NCBI GenBank assembly: GCA_003427395.1
Contig: BFEA01000038.1
Location: forward strand, 230,466-294,465
Direction of reading: 5' to 3'
From: Chara braunii
Lineage: Eukaryota; Plantae; Charophyceae
DNA: 64,000 nucleotides
Both the position numbers and the translations under genes were made by a program. Below are positions 1 through 12,630 of the stretch, one piece after another; the stretch's first letter is position 1; each line of letters opens with the position of its first letter. The notes below the pieces were generated by a model that was given only the letters and a program-made list of their open reading frames with translations, was not told the DNA's origin and searched no databases.

Positions 1-129
1 CGTCCAGAACGCCGGTTACCCTGTAGACATATATATTCTATTTGACGATATATATATATGTCCTTACAAGTTTTCGTAAAAAAAACAAAAAACAAATTAA
101 AAAAATCAAAAACATCATAAAAATCAAAA

Positions 130-1470
130 AAATCTGAAACAAAAATATGTTATGCAGAAGAATAAACTGAACAACATTTGCCCCAATGCTACATCCAAGT
201 TCTTTACCAAATTTGAAATAAAAATCAAATACTAAAAATAAATAATAATAGTAAAAATTAGAAAAAATAAAACGATAATAAAATTATTAAGTGGGCGAGC
301 ACATTCTTGATACCGCCATCTTTGGTGATTTTTTTTTTTTTTTTGGCTATGGCACATGCCATGAAAATTATTATATGTGTATACTACATAATAAAAAAAA
401 TACAAATAAAGTTAAAAAAAATAATAATTTTTTCATGCCCTGAAATAAACGAAAAACAAAAAGTGAAAAGAGAAAGAAAAAAAAAATTAGTGAGTGGGCA
501 AACAAGTTTTGACACCACCATCTTTGCCGATTTTTTTTTTTTTTTTTTTATGAATAGAATCGCTTCAAAATTAAGAGGGTGATACCCTACATCACAAAGA
601 ACTCACAAAAAAAATTCAGAAAAAAATAATAATATGTAGGTGCCGGGGTCCGAACCCCTTCACGTTTGGGTCTATACGGGGACTCGAATGTTTGAATGTT
701 CGGCGGTCAACTTAGGGGCATCTGTACATTCGGTCTGGCAACCCTGTATATATATATATGTATATATATAATTTTATGTAAAAAAAAAAAAAAAAATCAT
801 TATAATATTAAATTTATCTTTAAAATGAAATAAAAGTCCGGACGATTTAATGAAATGTCAGTTATATTACAGTCAGGTTTGTCAGGCCAAACGCATTGAG
901 ACCCCTAAGCTGACCCCTGAACGTTCGAGCGTTCGGGTCCCCGTAAGGGGCCCGAATCCAAACGGGTTTGGACCCCGCAAAAATACATTTTGGCACCTAA
1001 ATATTGTTAGTTTTTTTTTTTTTTTTTTTTTTTCTTTGGAATGTAAGGTATCTTACTCTTAATTTTTAAGGAATTTTGTTAAGCCAAAAAATAATGAAAA
1101 ATTGGCAAAGATGGTGGTGTCAAAGCTTGCTTGCCCACTCACTAATTTGTTTTTTCTTTTTTTCACATTTTGTTTTCCTTTTATTTTAGGGCATGAAAAA
1201 AATTATTATTTTTTCAAACCTTATTTGTAGGTTCTCTATTATAAAAGATACACATATATAATTTTTTATAGCATTTGTCAAAGCCATAAAGAAAAAGAAA
1301 AAAAACCCGTAAAAGATGGCGGTGTCAAAAACGTGCTCGCCCACTCAATAATTTTATTTTCGTTTTATTTAATTTATATTTCAAATTTGGTAAAAAATTT
1401 GGATGTAACATTCAGACCAATGTTGTTCAGTTTATTCTTTTGCATAACATATTTTGTTTTTCATTTTTTT
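130..1470. repeat. Long diverged inverted repeat (arms ~130-750 and ~865-1470, AT-rich spacer); foldback-like element or two head-to-head copies
   Basis: tatgttatgcagaagaataaactgaacaacatt (~146) is the reverse complement of aatgttgttcagtttattctttgcataacata (~1419). The GC-rich inner blocks 640-747 and 868-990 are also reverse complements. Confidence 0.85.
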
Positions 1471-2058
1471 TTATTTTGGCTGAGTGAGGACGCCGCCCGG
1501 CCGGGCCTGCCCTGCCGGGCTGGGCTCAGCCGGTTGGGCCCGTAGAGGCCGCTCGGTTAAATCGGGCAAGACAAAAAAATGGCCAGATTTTTTTTATTGT
1601 TTTTTTTAAGCCGGGGTCGTTCTGCGCTCGACGAGAGGACCCCGAATCTGCAATAAAAATTTGGTTTTGGTGGGGGGATGGGGGGTTGGTCTGGGTGGGG
1701 GGTGCTGGGGTTCGGGGGGGGGTTGTGATGGGGTGCAGATGCGTTTTTCTTTGTTTTTTTGTTTTTTTTAAGGGGTGTGTGTGTATACAAGGGGTGGTGA
1801 AAGAGAAAAGAGAGAGAGAGAGAGAGAGAGAGAGAACCGATCCCCTTAGCACGGCTCAAACGGCCCATGTAGGCTATCTGAAGGGTCCTCGCAAACATGT
1901 AGCGCATGCCCCCCCATCAAAATCGAGGCAGGTAGTGAATATGAAATAGAGCACGAGTTGGCCGAATATATACTCAAGATTCGAATTCAGGTCTATGTTT
2001 CAACAGTTATGGGTTGCTTACGTAGATAGGGCATGTTGGTCTCTGCACGTGACTCTTA

Positions 2059-2172
2059 GGGCTTGACTGCACTACTCACGAAATGTGCACAATTAGAATG
2101 AATCTTCTGCAGAACGTGGAATGATACGCGACCATATGTTTTGTTTTTTGTGCATTTGGTGAGTAAAGGCCC
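2059..2172. mobile_element. Tourist-like (PIF/Harbinger) MITE
   Basis: TTA at 2056-58 and 2173-75; termini gggc...gccc; degenerate TIR with tactcacgaaatgtgcac / gtgcatttggtgagta. Related copies at 48252-48373 (inverted) and ~61087-61186. Confidence 0.65.
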
Positions 2173-2430
2173 TTAGGTCCACACATAGTATCACATACTG
2201 ATTAATTGGAATGATACTCGACCATACTGTGCAAAACGTGGAATGATACGCGACCATACTGTGCAAAACGTGGAATGATACGCGACCATAGTGTGATTAA
2301 TTTGCATGTAGCTCTAGCACGTGGCGAGCATCTAAAACAACTACCTATCAAAACGTGGAATCTTCTGCAGAACGTGGAATGACACGCGACCATACTGTGC
2401 AAAATTATAATGAATCTTCTGCAGAACGTT
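2090..2430 (+). repeat. Degenerate ~32-bp tandem repeat (aacgtggaatgatacgcgaccatactgtgcaa)
   Basis: About five copies visible directly; the unit matches the interior of the adjacent MITE. Confidence 0.85.
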
Positions 2431-3581
2431 ATCAACTTCACACCAAGACATGGTTTTCCTCAGGGACTAGACTCAACATGACCTCTCTAAAATGCGTTCC
2501 AACGCTTCGCAGTCAAGTGCACCTATAAGCAAAAGACGTCGAGTGCCCACAACATAGATACTAAAGATATAACGGTTGGAGGGCATGGGGGAGGTGGGAG
2601 GGCAGACCATACATAGGTAGACCAAACAAGGGCAAAGGAACAACCAACAAGCAGGAAAAAAAATACAAGTTCCAAACAACAAACAACCGAAAAAATAAAA
2701 TAAAAGACCATGACGATAGATTGTTTCGTCGGAGTTGCACCGACTCATCAGGAGGCTGAACCCTCGACAATCTGTGGGAATCTCCGTATTTGGTGGTTTG
2801 GGTCATGAACACTTTAACCCTTGTTGAAGGCAGACTGTCCCGAAGCAGAACATAGCAGCGGTCAGCAACCCTGTGGAGCACCAGACAACACATTAGAGGC
2901 AACACGGCTGCACAACGCCAAAAACAATTGCAAGGAACAACATGGCACGCAGGACATATGCAGCGCGGCAACCATGAAGTGAAGCACAAGGCAAAATAAG
3001 AAGGGTAACCACACTGCAAGGAACGACATGGCGAGCGGACCCGCAGCTCGGCCACCGTGGAGCGGAGCACAAGGCAACCAGCCTACAGGGCACACAAGCA
3101 GCAAACACGGAAGGCACGACCAGCGGATGAGCAGCACGACAACGAACCAGTAAAGCTCAAGGCAGCACCAACAACACGGCCACACAACGCAGTAAACACA
3201 ATAATTCGCAGAGAGCCACACGCGAAGCAAGTGGGACAGGCAACAAGGCAGTGACGGAGTGCAGACGAGGCCGTCCACACATCCAACACGGAGCAAAGCA
3301 GCGCATGACCTACTCACATTACGATTGAACCCCACAGACTGTTGGTTCCCACCACCCACTGAGCCAAGGAGTCACTCCGACAAACATTCGTCATCACCTA
3401 CATGCAACACAAACATCCTGAACGGAGCGGCCCCCATAAAAGTGCAGTAGGCACTCCATATAAGGAACCACCGACTGTTGGCACTACCTAAGGGTGCTCA
3501 GTTGGGTAAGCAAAAATACTTAGAAAAAAATCAGAGGGAGGACAGACCACAAGTGGAAAACTGACAAACATAAAACTGATT

Positions 3582-3617
3582 GTGTATGTGTGTATGTGTA
3601 TGTGTGTGTGCATGTGT

Positions 3618-3690
<73 letters not shown>

Positions 3691-3756
3691 GGGGGGAGGG
3701 GAGGGAGGACCCCTCCCCCACCAATCAATCAATCAATCAATCTATCAATCAATCAA
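3582..3756. repeat. (TG)n and (TCAA)n microsatellites
   Basis: Direct reading. Confidence 0.95.
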
Positions 3757-4039
3757 TTTTTTTTTTTCTATTTTTTTTTCACACACCAAAAACCACCCTT
3801 CCCCCGACTTTTTTTTAAAACTTTTTTTCGTTCAAGGGGGTAGGGTCGGGGTTCCGAAACCCCAATCTGCAACCCCCTTTCCCAACCCTCTTTCCCCTCG
3901 GCCGCGGGGGGCCGCTGAAGACCGCGGCCATTACGGTCATGACCTCGGCCTCGTGGCCGCGGGGGACTCATAGCCTTAGATTGACTGTTCACTATACAGT
4001 AAACCTTAGATTCATAGCCTTAGATGTTTATAGCATTAG

Positions 4040-5352
4040 GGAGGTGCTTTTAGATCATTTATCATTTTATGATATTCATCATCTTCAAGATACAGTAAGC
4101 AGAATCATATAGAGCGATAGGTAAGGGAAAGGGTTGCTTTCATATCATTTCATACTTCACGATACTTATAATCTTTAGCATAAAGCGACCTGTACTTGAC
4201 GTGGGCAAAGGGGAAGTGGTACTTTCTAGCCATTCAGTACTTTAGAATGTTTACGACTTTTAAGATATAGTAAGCATTATGGTATAGAGCAATGAACATG
4301 GGAAGGGGTGTTTGTTGAAGTCATTCAATACTTAAGGGTGTTCATGATCTTTAGGAAAGAACAATATACAAAAGTGGGTTGGGGGAGGGTTGTTTTCAAG
4401 TTACTCGTTACTTGTCGACTTTCAGGATTTTCATAATAGAACAACAAGGTTCAAAGTAAACAATCAGGGATGCTTTCAAATCATTCACCACTTCAGGATA
4501 TGAACTTCGAGATAAACATCCAGATGGTGGAGGAGGTTCAAAATCTCTATAATCTTCATGATGGAATAATATAGAGTTTTATATTGGGCGTTGACACAAC
4601 TACACGATGTTCGAGATCTTCATGATAGAACTATCCAATGGCGGGGGGATGCTCGTAAAAGATTCATCACTTCATGATGTTCATAATCTTATGTTAGAAT
4701 AACATAGACTCAAAGTGGGCGAGGGGTACATGCTTTTAGATCATTCACCACTTCAGGATGTTAGCGGTATTTATAGTAGAAGCCTTAGATGTCGAGGGAC
4801 TATTGTTTTTAAGGTATCCCCCACTACAGGCTGTTCATGATCTTCATGACAAAATAACATCGAACGTAAGTATAGATCGAATATTGGCAAAAGGGGGTTG
4901 ATTTCACACAATTCACCACGTTAACTTCAAGATGTTCATGAACTTTATCATACAATAAGTAGAACCATATACAACGATGTATAGAGAGAGTAGGATTGTT
5001 TTTATGTCATTGACCACTTTATTCTATTTATGGTTTGTAGCATAGAGTGATATAGACTGGACATTGGCAAAGAGAACAATACTTTCAGGTCATTCATCAC
5101 TTCAAGATAATTATATTATTCATGATAAGACATTACGAATTGAGAATGGGCAAAAAGAGGGTTGCTTTCATGACATTCAACACTTTCGAATATTCACGAC
5201 CTTAAGGATATAACCTTGATTGTTTTATTATGAAGGTTATAAATATCTTGAAGTGGTGAATGTCACTGAAGCACAATTTTCTTGCTCAATTATTTGAATT
5301 TTTCTATCATAAAAATCATAAGTATCTTGAAGTGGTGAATGGTTTGAAAGCA
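4040..5352. repeat. Degenerate tandem array (core tcattcaccacttcaggatgttcatgatcttcatg) that flips orientation at ~5215; resembles subterminal repeats of a DNA transposon
   Basis: More than 12 forward copies at 4040-5210. Reverse copies (cttgaagtggtgaatg) at 5245-5345 and again at 10175-10285. Confidence 0.8.
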
Positions 5353-6304
5353 CCGTTGTCGCGCGTATCAGCTCCCGCTTTTCTTGCAAAGTGTGGGAGC
5401 CCTCCCGACCATGTCATGTAGGAGTAAAAACAACAAAACTAAGCAAGAGACAACTTGGGAATGACGTAAAGTATCCCGCCAACCACCGCGAAAGGCGTGG
5501 TCGCGTCGTCCCTTCGCCACTCTAACAGGGTGTGCCGACTGTACTTTCCACGGTCCCCTATGACAGGATAGGTTCTCACGAGGTACAACTTGTCTTCCTT
5601 AAGGGGATGTCACCACCCTTAAGGGCGTATCCCTATAGAGCTACTGACCCACATGCAAAAAATTTAAATGCAATTGCACAGGTAGATCAACCGAGGACGT
5701 TTGTTCATTCGCTGTACTATAGATATGTTTGGTTAACGCCAAATGGACCCGAACGTCGTTCGTTCCTTAGGGCGTCGATCTCCTAAGTACGAAGCAGACG
5801 TCGATCGACTAGGACAATCTCAACCAAAGGTGAAACCTCAAATCTCCCCAGCCCTTAAGACACGCAACTCAAAAAAAAGTTATAACAACCATAAATATTT
5901 ACATAAAAAGAAATCATTCTTAGTTGATAGGAATGTATATCCAATCCGAAATGATAAATAAAATAATTAAATCATAATATGATATGTCCAATATCACAAA
6001 ATCAAAATAAAATCCGACCTCCTTGGGTCGACTCGATAGATAAAAAAAGTCATACAACGACCAACGAAGAGTTGACTTTGACAATAATCTTATTGCAGCT
6101 GACATGGTAGTCGTGCTGCCTCAGTTTTGACTTGATGAGATACGTTGTCAAAGTTATTAATCTCACCCTACCGCCAGCCTAAGATTAAACACACAATCTC
6201 ATCTCCACATGTTTCTAATTTTATTGGATGACATGTTACTTGGCTAATAATTCTTCATCAAATACATTACTTAAAGTGTTGCACGTCTCACCTTCTAAGA
6301 AGTG

Positions 6305-8200
6305 GTCTGGGGTACTCATCCTCCCCGACCGAGCACAAGACTCGGATCGCAGAAGTCGGGTCGTCTCCATCGAGTCGACAAAGTACCTCCCCGTAGAACG
6401 GTCCACTCTGGGTCGATAACAGGGCCGACTCCTAAAGCAAAGAAGTCGACCCAAAGTGGACCGTTCTACGGGGAAGTACTTTGCCGATTCGATGAAAAGA
6501 GAATATGTCCACTGCGTGTAACTTCCACTTATTCTCATTTCTCATAAGTTCAGAGTAACTTGAACGAAAAGAAACCAAAGGAGATAGAGAATGAAAATCA
6601 TTTGAACAGGTACAGATAGATAAGGTCATTCGGGATAGAATGGGTCAATTCCCGGGAAAATACTAAATTCAATTAACTTCGTCTTCACTATATTCACGAG
6701 GTTTTTTTTACAGTACCCATTGAAATTATTCACTCCAAAATCTTTTGTCATACAGGCAGGTGAAAGATAGACAGAGGATAATTTTTTTCTTCATCTCAAA
6801 TAGGCATAATCAATTTTTTTTTCAAGCATCTCTCTACCTACCTGCACTCAAAGCAAAACAACCAAGTTCAAAGGAAACCAATGCAACCTCATACATAAGT
6901 CAGACTTTTTTACTCACATGCATAACTCGCACAACTTTCCTCTACCTTTTCTTTCGAACATTCAAAAGAAATAGGTTCAGGCAAAGTGTGGGTTCACACA
7001 TGTGTGAAGATCGTCACACAACTCCACGAGTTGTGGCCTTTCCACCGAACGACGGTCCACATTATTCCCCAAGCGTCCGAATGAGCAAGAGTCGGGCCCA
7101 TTGAGAGGACTCAAGTCGGACAGCCACAAAAGAGGGTGCTCTAATGACTAAGTCCTATCTCGTCCCAACATCCTGCACAGTCCCAATGCAGTCCCCACTG
7201 CACCACAACCTCCAAGGATACTCCCCAACCAGTCTTCAGTCCACGCCACCTCAAATCCCCATCTCTGCTCACAATAGCCATACCAACTTGTTTATCCCGA
7301 TCTCAAAACCAGTCTCACTTGGTCCCAAAACGGTCCCATATGGTCCCAATGCAGTCCCACACCATCGCCCACACAATACCAGATGGTCCAAAAATCGAAA
7401 CCCCTCGCAAGCGCGCCACAAAAAAAATAAAGGTGGCCCTGGCTGAAAACCGCATGTTCCGTGAGCCCCAATAACTATTGCCCTGTGCAACCACTCCACA
7501 CTCTCTTCATGTTGTCGATACACGCACCACTGCCGCAGAATCCCAACCACGCACCAGTGTCAGTCCAACCTCTAGATCACGCTGAAATCCTTCACAACCG
7601 GTGTGCACTAAAAAAAAAAAAAAAAACGTCGGGATTGTCGCTCGCCGTATCACCAAAATTGGTACCACAGTCGTCCAACAGCACCGCCGCCTGCTCACAC
7701 ACCACAATGGAACGGCCCACTGTACCATGAAAATTTAACAGCACTTCCCTTCAAAACAAAATCGTCGCTGCATCAACCAATTCCAGCCACACGGTCCCAC
7801 CAGATGTACCATCATTGTCATGTCACTGATAAAGTAACACTTCTACACACAAGCACAAAAGAATGTTGACGTTGCGCTTCAATTCCGGCAACACCTTCTC
7901 TCAAAATCTTTGTGGAGCAGCCTCCCCACTTAGTGTGTCACCTACTACCACGCAAGCTGTCGGGCAGCACCTCCTCGCCGTAAACCTCCTGCCGCACGAT
8001 CCGAGTTTGCTTCAGCCTTACGGCTACAGCTCACGCACAAGCGCGCAGCACAAGCAAAAGGGTGGGCAAGAAGCTCCTAGCCTTTGGCTATGGCTGCCTC
8101 CTCTCCACTCTAGTGCTCCTGCAGACCTCCAGCACCTCCACCCAGCAGACCACCACTCCACTAGTCTCCTCTCCCCTCCAACAACAGCCAACCAATATTC
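6305..8200 (+). repeat. ~1.9-kb interspersed repeat, copy 1 (inverted homolog at 24040-26092)
   Basis: Collinear reverse-complement blocks, e.g. ctcggatcgcagaagtcgg (6341) vs ccgacttctgagatccgag (26041); cacacatgtgtgaaga (6995) vs tcttcacacatgtgtg (25405); agcacttcccttcaa (7740) vs ttgaagggaagtgct (24550). Confidence 0.8.
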
Positions 8201-8692
8201 ACATAAGTGAACATCCTAACAACACTGCCACACTTGTGAGGCTGCTCGGTGGAATGCTGACTTTTATAGCCACTTGAAGAACTGTGGGTAATCACTTGGC
8301 CCACAGTAAAAAAAACGGAGTTGGGTTAGACCCTTGATCTGAACTCACGATCAAGGGTCAAAATCGTTGATGTTCCCCTAGGGGAACCAAGGCTTTCCAA
8401 TCCTAGAAGTATTTGGTCTTCTTCCCAAGTCCCCTTATTTCTAGGATTGACCATACCCAACCAAACACTACAGCCTGTTCAAAAAACGAACAGGCGTAGT
8501 TACCCTCGCTCACACACACATTTACATACTCACCTAGTAACTACCGCGGCCACATACGTGGCCGTTTCACATTTTCTTCCCTCTTTTTTTTTTTTTTTTT
8601 TACCCCCTCGTTTTCCTTTGTGTGGGGCAGCCCATTGTCCAAAACGAACAGCCGCCCCCTCTACCTCAAGTCATTTCATAGAGTCAAGCTAG

Positions 8693-9030
8693 AGAGATCC
8701 AATCGATTTTGCTCATCCTATCGATAGACATAGTGTGAAGCCAGCCACGAAATTAGAGACTTACCTGTTGGCCGGTACGTTGCTCTCCCATCGATGAAAA
8801 CAATCTGTTTGTCAAAACGAACAGGAACTCATGAGTTCGAGAAGGGCAGGTTCCTAATGAAAAAGAAAGAATCTAAAACGAAATTTAAAAAAGAAAAGAA
8901 TTGAACAAAAATGTAAAAAATAAAAAAATAAAAAAAAACAAAAACAAAAACTTACGTTTCTATGAAACGGTTGTCCGTTAAAACGGGCATCTTCAGAGGT
9001 TCTGCCTCTCTGCCTCTTCTCTACTTGCCA

Positions 9031-9092
<62 letters not shown>

Positions 9093-9130
9093 TTCCATCG
9101 ATAGGATGAGAAAAATCGAATGAATCTATC
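8693..9130. mobile_element. Putative MITE with ~38-bp imperfect inverted termini and internal (GA)n
   Basis: gagagatccaatcgattttgctcatcctatcgat vs atcgataggatgagaaaaatcgaatgaatctatc. No clear TSD. Internal motif recurs inverted at 15400-15800. Confidence 0.5.
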
Positions 9131-9142
9131 GCTAAAACATGG

Positions 9143-9760
9143 AAATAGCCGCGCGATTCAGGGCCTAAGTAGGCTTGGAAGAGTGGTCGCGCTGGGTATG
9201 GGGTCGCAACGACGGAGGAATAAAAATCTTTTTTTTATTTCCTGGGTCTGCGGGGTTTGACTTCGAGCCAAGACACCGACAGGTCGATGATGAGACCTAC
9301 TTGTTTGGGTAACCTCTAAACCGTGGATGGGCAGCGGTCCATAGGAAAGGGGCAGACAGGCAGGGTTTGTTGGGCATGGGCAGGAGGGGCGGCCTACTGG
9401 GCGCAACCCTTCAAATAGAAGGGTTGCTGCGTCTGCTACCGTGATAGGAGCTAGCCCAGTAGGTAAACACAGTAGACCATCATACCGAAGATGCAGGGAA
9501 TGAATCTGACCGTGCCCAACTGAGCTAGCTCTTTTAGAGTTGGTCATTGTGAAGAGACATTTCGGCGCGGCTGATCTCGATTATGCGATCCACGTGATCG
9601 CGCGGCTGAAATCATCCATGTAGGGTTGAAATGCCCTGTGCAAGGATGACACGATTAAAAAAAAAAAAAAAAAATCTTGATTTTTTTTTTGAATTCATAT
9701 AGATTTGAACCTGGTTCTGTCTTTTGGTAGTTCGTGGCGGAGAAACCACTTTACTAAAGC
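9143..9760. repeat. Composite module copy 1: ~490-bp body + U6 fragment + A/T tracts + antisense tRNA-like head
   Basis: Collinear with 18074-18630. ccctgtgcaaggatgacacg (~9633) matches U6 CCCTGCGCAAGGATGACACG; minus-strand B-box-like ggttcaaatc at ~9703-9713. Confidence 0.7.
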
Positions 9761-9784
9761 GACTATTGGCCACTAGAAACTGCC

Positions 9785-9990
9785 GACTACCACCATTACT
9801 TTCAGACGACACAAACGTCCGAACTGAAGTTCATAAAAGTTTCGGTCTCTCGGTCATAAGTTAGTCTGAATGAACTTTTGGCAAACAAAAGTTTCATCAA
9901 GTCTTTCAATTCAACGAAAATGTCAGACAGCGTCCGACATCGAAAACCCCGAGCAGATACCCTTGTAAGGGTGTCTGCTCCGACACCATC
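9785..9990. repeat. ~200-bp module ending in the gagcagatacccttgtaagggtgtctgctc palindrome; inverted copy at 12122-12325
   Basis: Reverse-complement similarity across the whole block (e.g. gtcataagttagtctgaatgaactttt vs aaaagtttattcaggctaacctatgac). Confidence 0.8.
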
Positions 9991-11013
9991 CACACCATTC
10001 AAATGTTTTATTTTATTTGAAAATAGATGGACAAATAGAGATATGCTTTCATATTTATATTCATGTTTTCTGGAATTGAATATCATTGACTCGAAATTGA
10101 CAAAGCGATAATATTCAACACCTCAAAAGTTTTGCAATTTTAAAAATAGGATTTATTTTTTTTTCATCTAAAAAATTATGAACATCCTGAAGTGGTGAAT
10201 GTCATGAAAGAACTTTTTTCCTTGCCCATTAATCTATATTATTTTATCAAAAAAATCATGAACAATCTAAATCGGTGAATGATCACATGACCTTCATCTG
10301 TAAACCTCCTTCTCTTCCTACTTGTGCAGTTGTCTAGGTCAATAGTTCGTCGATCACGTATTGATGACTAGTAGGTTTTTAATTTTTTTTTCCTCCTTTT
10401 TTTTTTTCTTTTTTTTTTCCACTTTTTACCTATCTCTCTAATATATTTAGTCTATGTATTTATCCATCTCTCTCTCTCATATAGAAGGATAAAAAAAACT
10501 TTGCTATAAGCATCTCCTATAGCTCAACCAATGATTGTTTCAATTGAGATAATAAAAAAAAAGTTGACAATTGGATGAATGAAGTTTGAAAGGGCGACAA
10601 TTAAAAAATCTCACAATCGAGAGATAGTGTTGAGATTGGTCATGGAAGAAAGACCAAGATGAGGTGAGGGAGATAAGAAAATAAGGGCAACAAAACTGAC
10701 AAAAGCAAATGTCAAGAACTAGAGGGCAAGAGAGAAGTCGTACATAGAAAGACGGAGGAATGAGATTTTTAGTTGAACATGGGGGACAAGGGAAGATGAG
10801 AAAGAGAAGAAGTTGTAAAAGGAGGAGAGGATACAAAAAATGTATGTTTCCTCTCTACTTGTTCTTTTAGGCTATCAAGGGGTTGAATAGCCGAAACAAA
10901 TTGCCATAAGTTGTTTGTGTGACCTCAATCCAATATAATATTCACTTAGATAAAAAAACATAGTACTCGAGCAGGATGAAGGGAGAAGCGGTTAATGAAA
11001 TGTTAAAAATTCA

Positions 11014-11057
<44 letters not shown>

Positions 11058-12426
11058 GTATGTGCTTTAAGGTATATATGTATTCAATTTCGCTGTATTT
11101 GGACCAGTAACGAAAAAGTTGGCAAAAATACCGGACTCGAAAAAAAAATCGGCGAACTTCGAAAGCTACTTAAGATAAGGTTTTATAGTGTTTTTGATTT
11201 TTTTTTTTTTTTTTTTGGCCATTCATTTTTTTTTATGTTTCTATTATTACCTTGTGTAGTTTGTTCGCAAAATTTTTGACAACATTGCTTGTAGTGATGC
11301 GACAAAAAAATTGAGCCTTCCATTAATCGCTCGTGCAATCCGAACCTAAGCCTACTGAGCTAGCTTCTACTTTGAGTCAAAGATGAGCATCCTAACTATA
11401 AGTAGAGTACCAGGCTCAATTAGGCCAGAAATTTGAGCCCTTGTCCCAATTACAGGCAGAATCTGATCAAGTTTGTCTGTTATAGCTGCATCGGGGCAGA
11501 CATTCAAGTCTTTCTGGTAGCCCCGACCGTTTATATTAAGTCTTAACACCCATTATAGTCTACGACGGATTGAGCCGCCGATCCCATAAACCGACATGCT
11601 CGTCGTCCGCGAACTTGAATCTACTAACCTATTTGGTTACATAGCCGGAGTTCCGACCGACTTTGAATATTGTTATCTCATTGTTCGTACAACTTCTTCT
11701 ATTTTGACGAACCCTTCGATCACCACGGTTGGAGGTTACTACTAATCCTCAACGTTTCAGCGTGTGTTGCGATAGCGTGCGTGACTATCTAACAAAATTT
11801 ATTTACTCTACCTCAATGGTCGAGGAATAGTCCCAAGGTGGGGATCAACTCATTTCCAGTTTAGACCGTCTTCACTAGAATAGTTTGCGTCAACACTATG
11901 CCGTTTACAAATACCCTTGTAAAGGTATTTAGTACAAGGGTTTTTGGTCTGACAGTATTGTCAAAACCTATTTACGCGGCATCCTCGTTGTTGGGGAATC
12001 TATATGCAAATAAAAGTATTCAAACTTACCAAGTTGTCAAAAGTTTATCCTCTGGGTGAAAGTGCCGTTTAAAATCCTCACAGCCTTCCTTGGTGTGTTC
12101 CTCAATGTCTAGGTTTTAACGTGATGTCGGAGCAGAAACCCTTACAAGGGTATCCGCTTATGTTTTTCAATGTCGGACGTTATCTGACCATGTCGTCGAA
12201 TTGAGGGACTTCATGAGACTGACATTTGTCAAAAGTTTATTCAGGCTAACCTATGACTTAGAAACGAAAACTGTTATGAAGCTTCGTCCGAACACTTGTG
12301 GCATCTGAAAGTAATGGCAGTGTCGAGCGCATCGGTCCCACGCAGTGCGGGATCCTCCCGGCCGCATCACGCAGGAGTTGGTCTTTCTCATCGCGATACA
12401 CAAGGAACTTCCGCAAGCCGCTCTGG

Positions 12427-12630
12427 NNNNNNNNNNNNNNNNNNNNNNNNNNNNNNNNNNNNNNNNNNNNNNNNNNNNNNNNNNNNNNNNNNNNNNNNNN
12501 NNNNNNNNNNNNNNNNNNNNNNNNNNNNNNNNNNNNNNNNNNNNNNNNNNNNNNNNNNNNNNNNNNNNNNNNNNNNNNNNNNNNNNNNNNNNNNNNNNNN
12601 NNNNNNNNNNNNNNNNNNNNNNNNNNNNNN
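12427..12630. other. Assembly gap
   Basis: Run of N. Confidence 1.
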
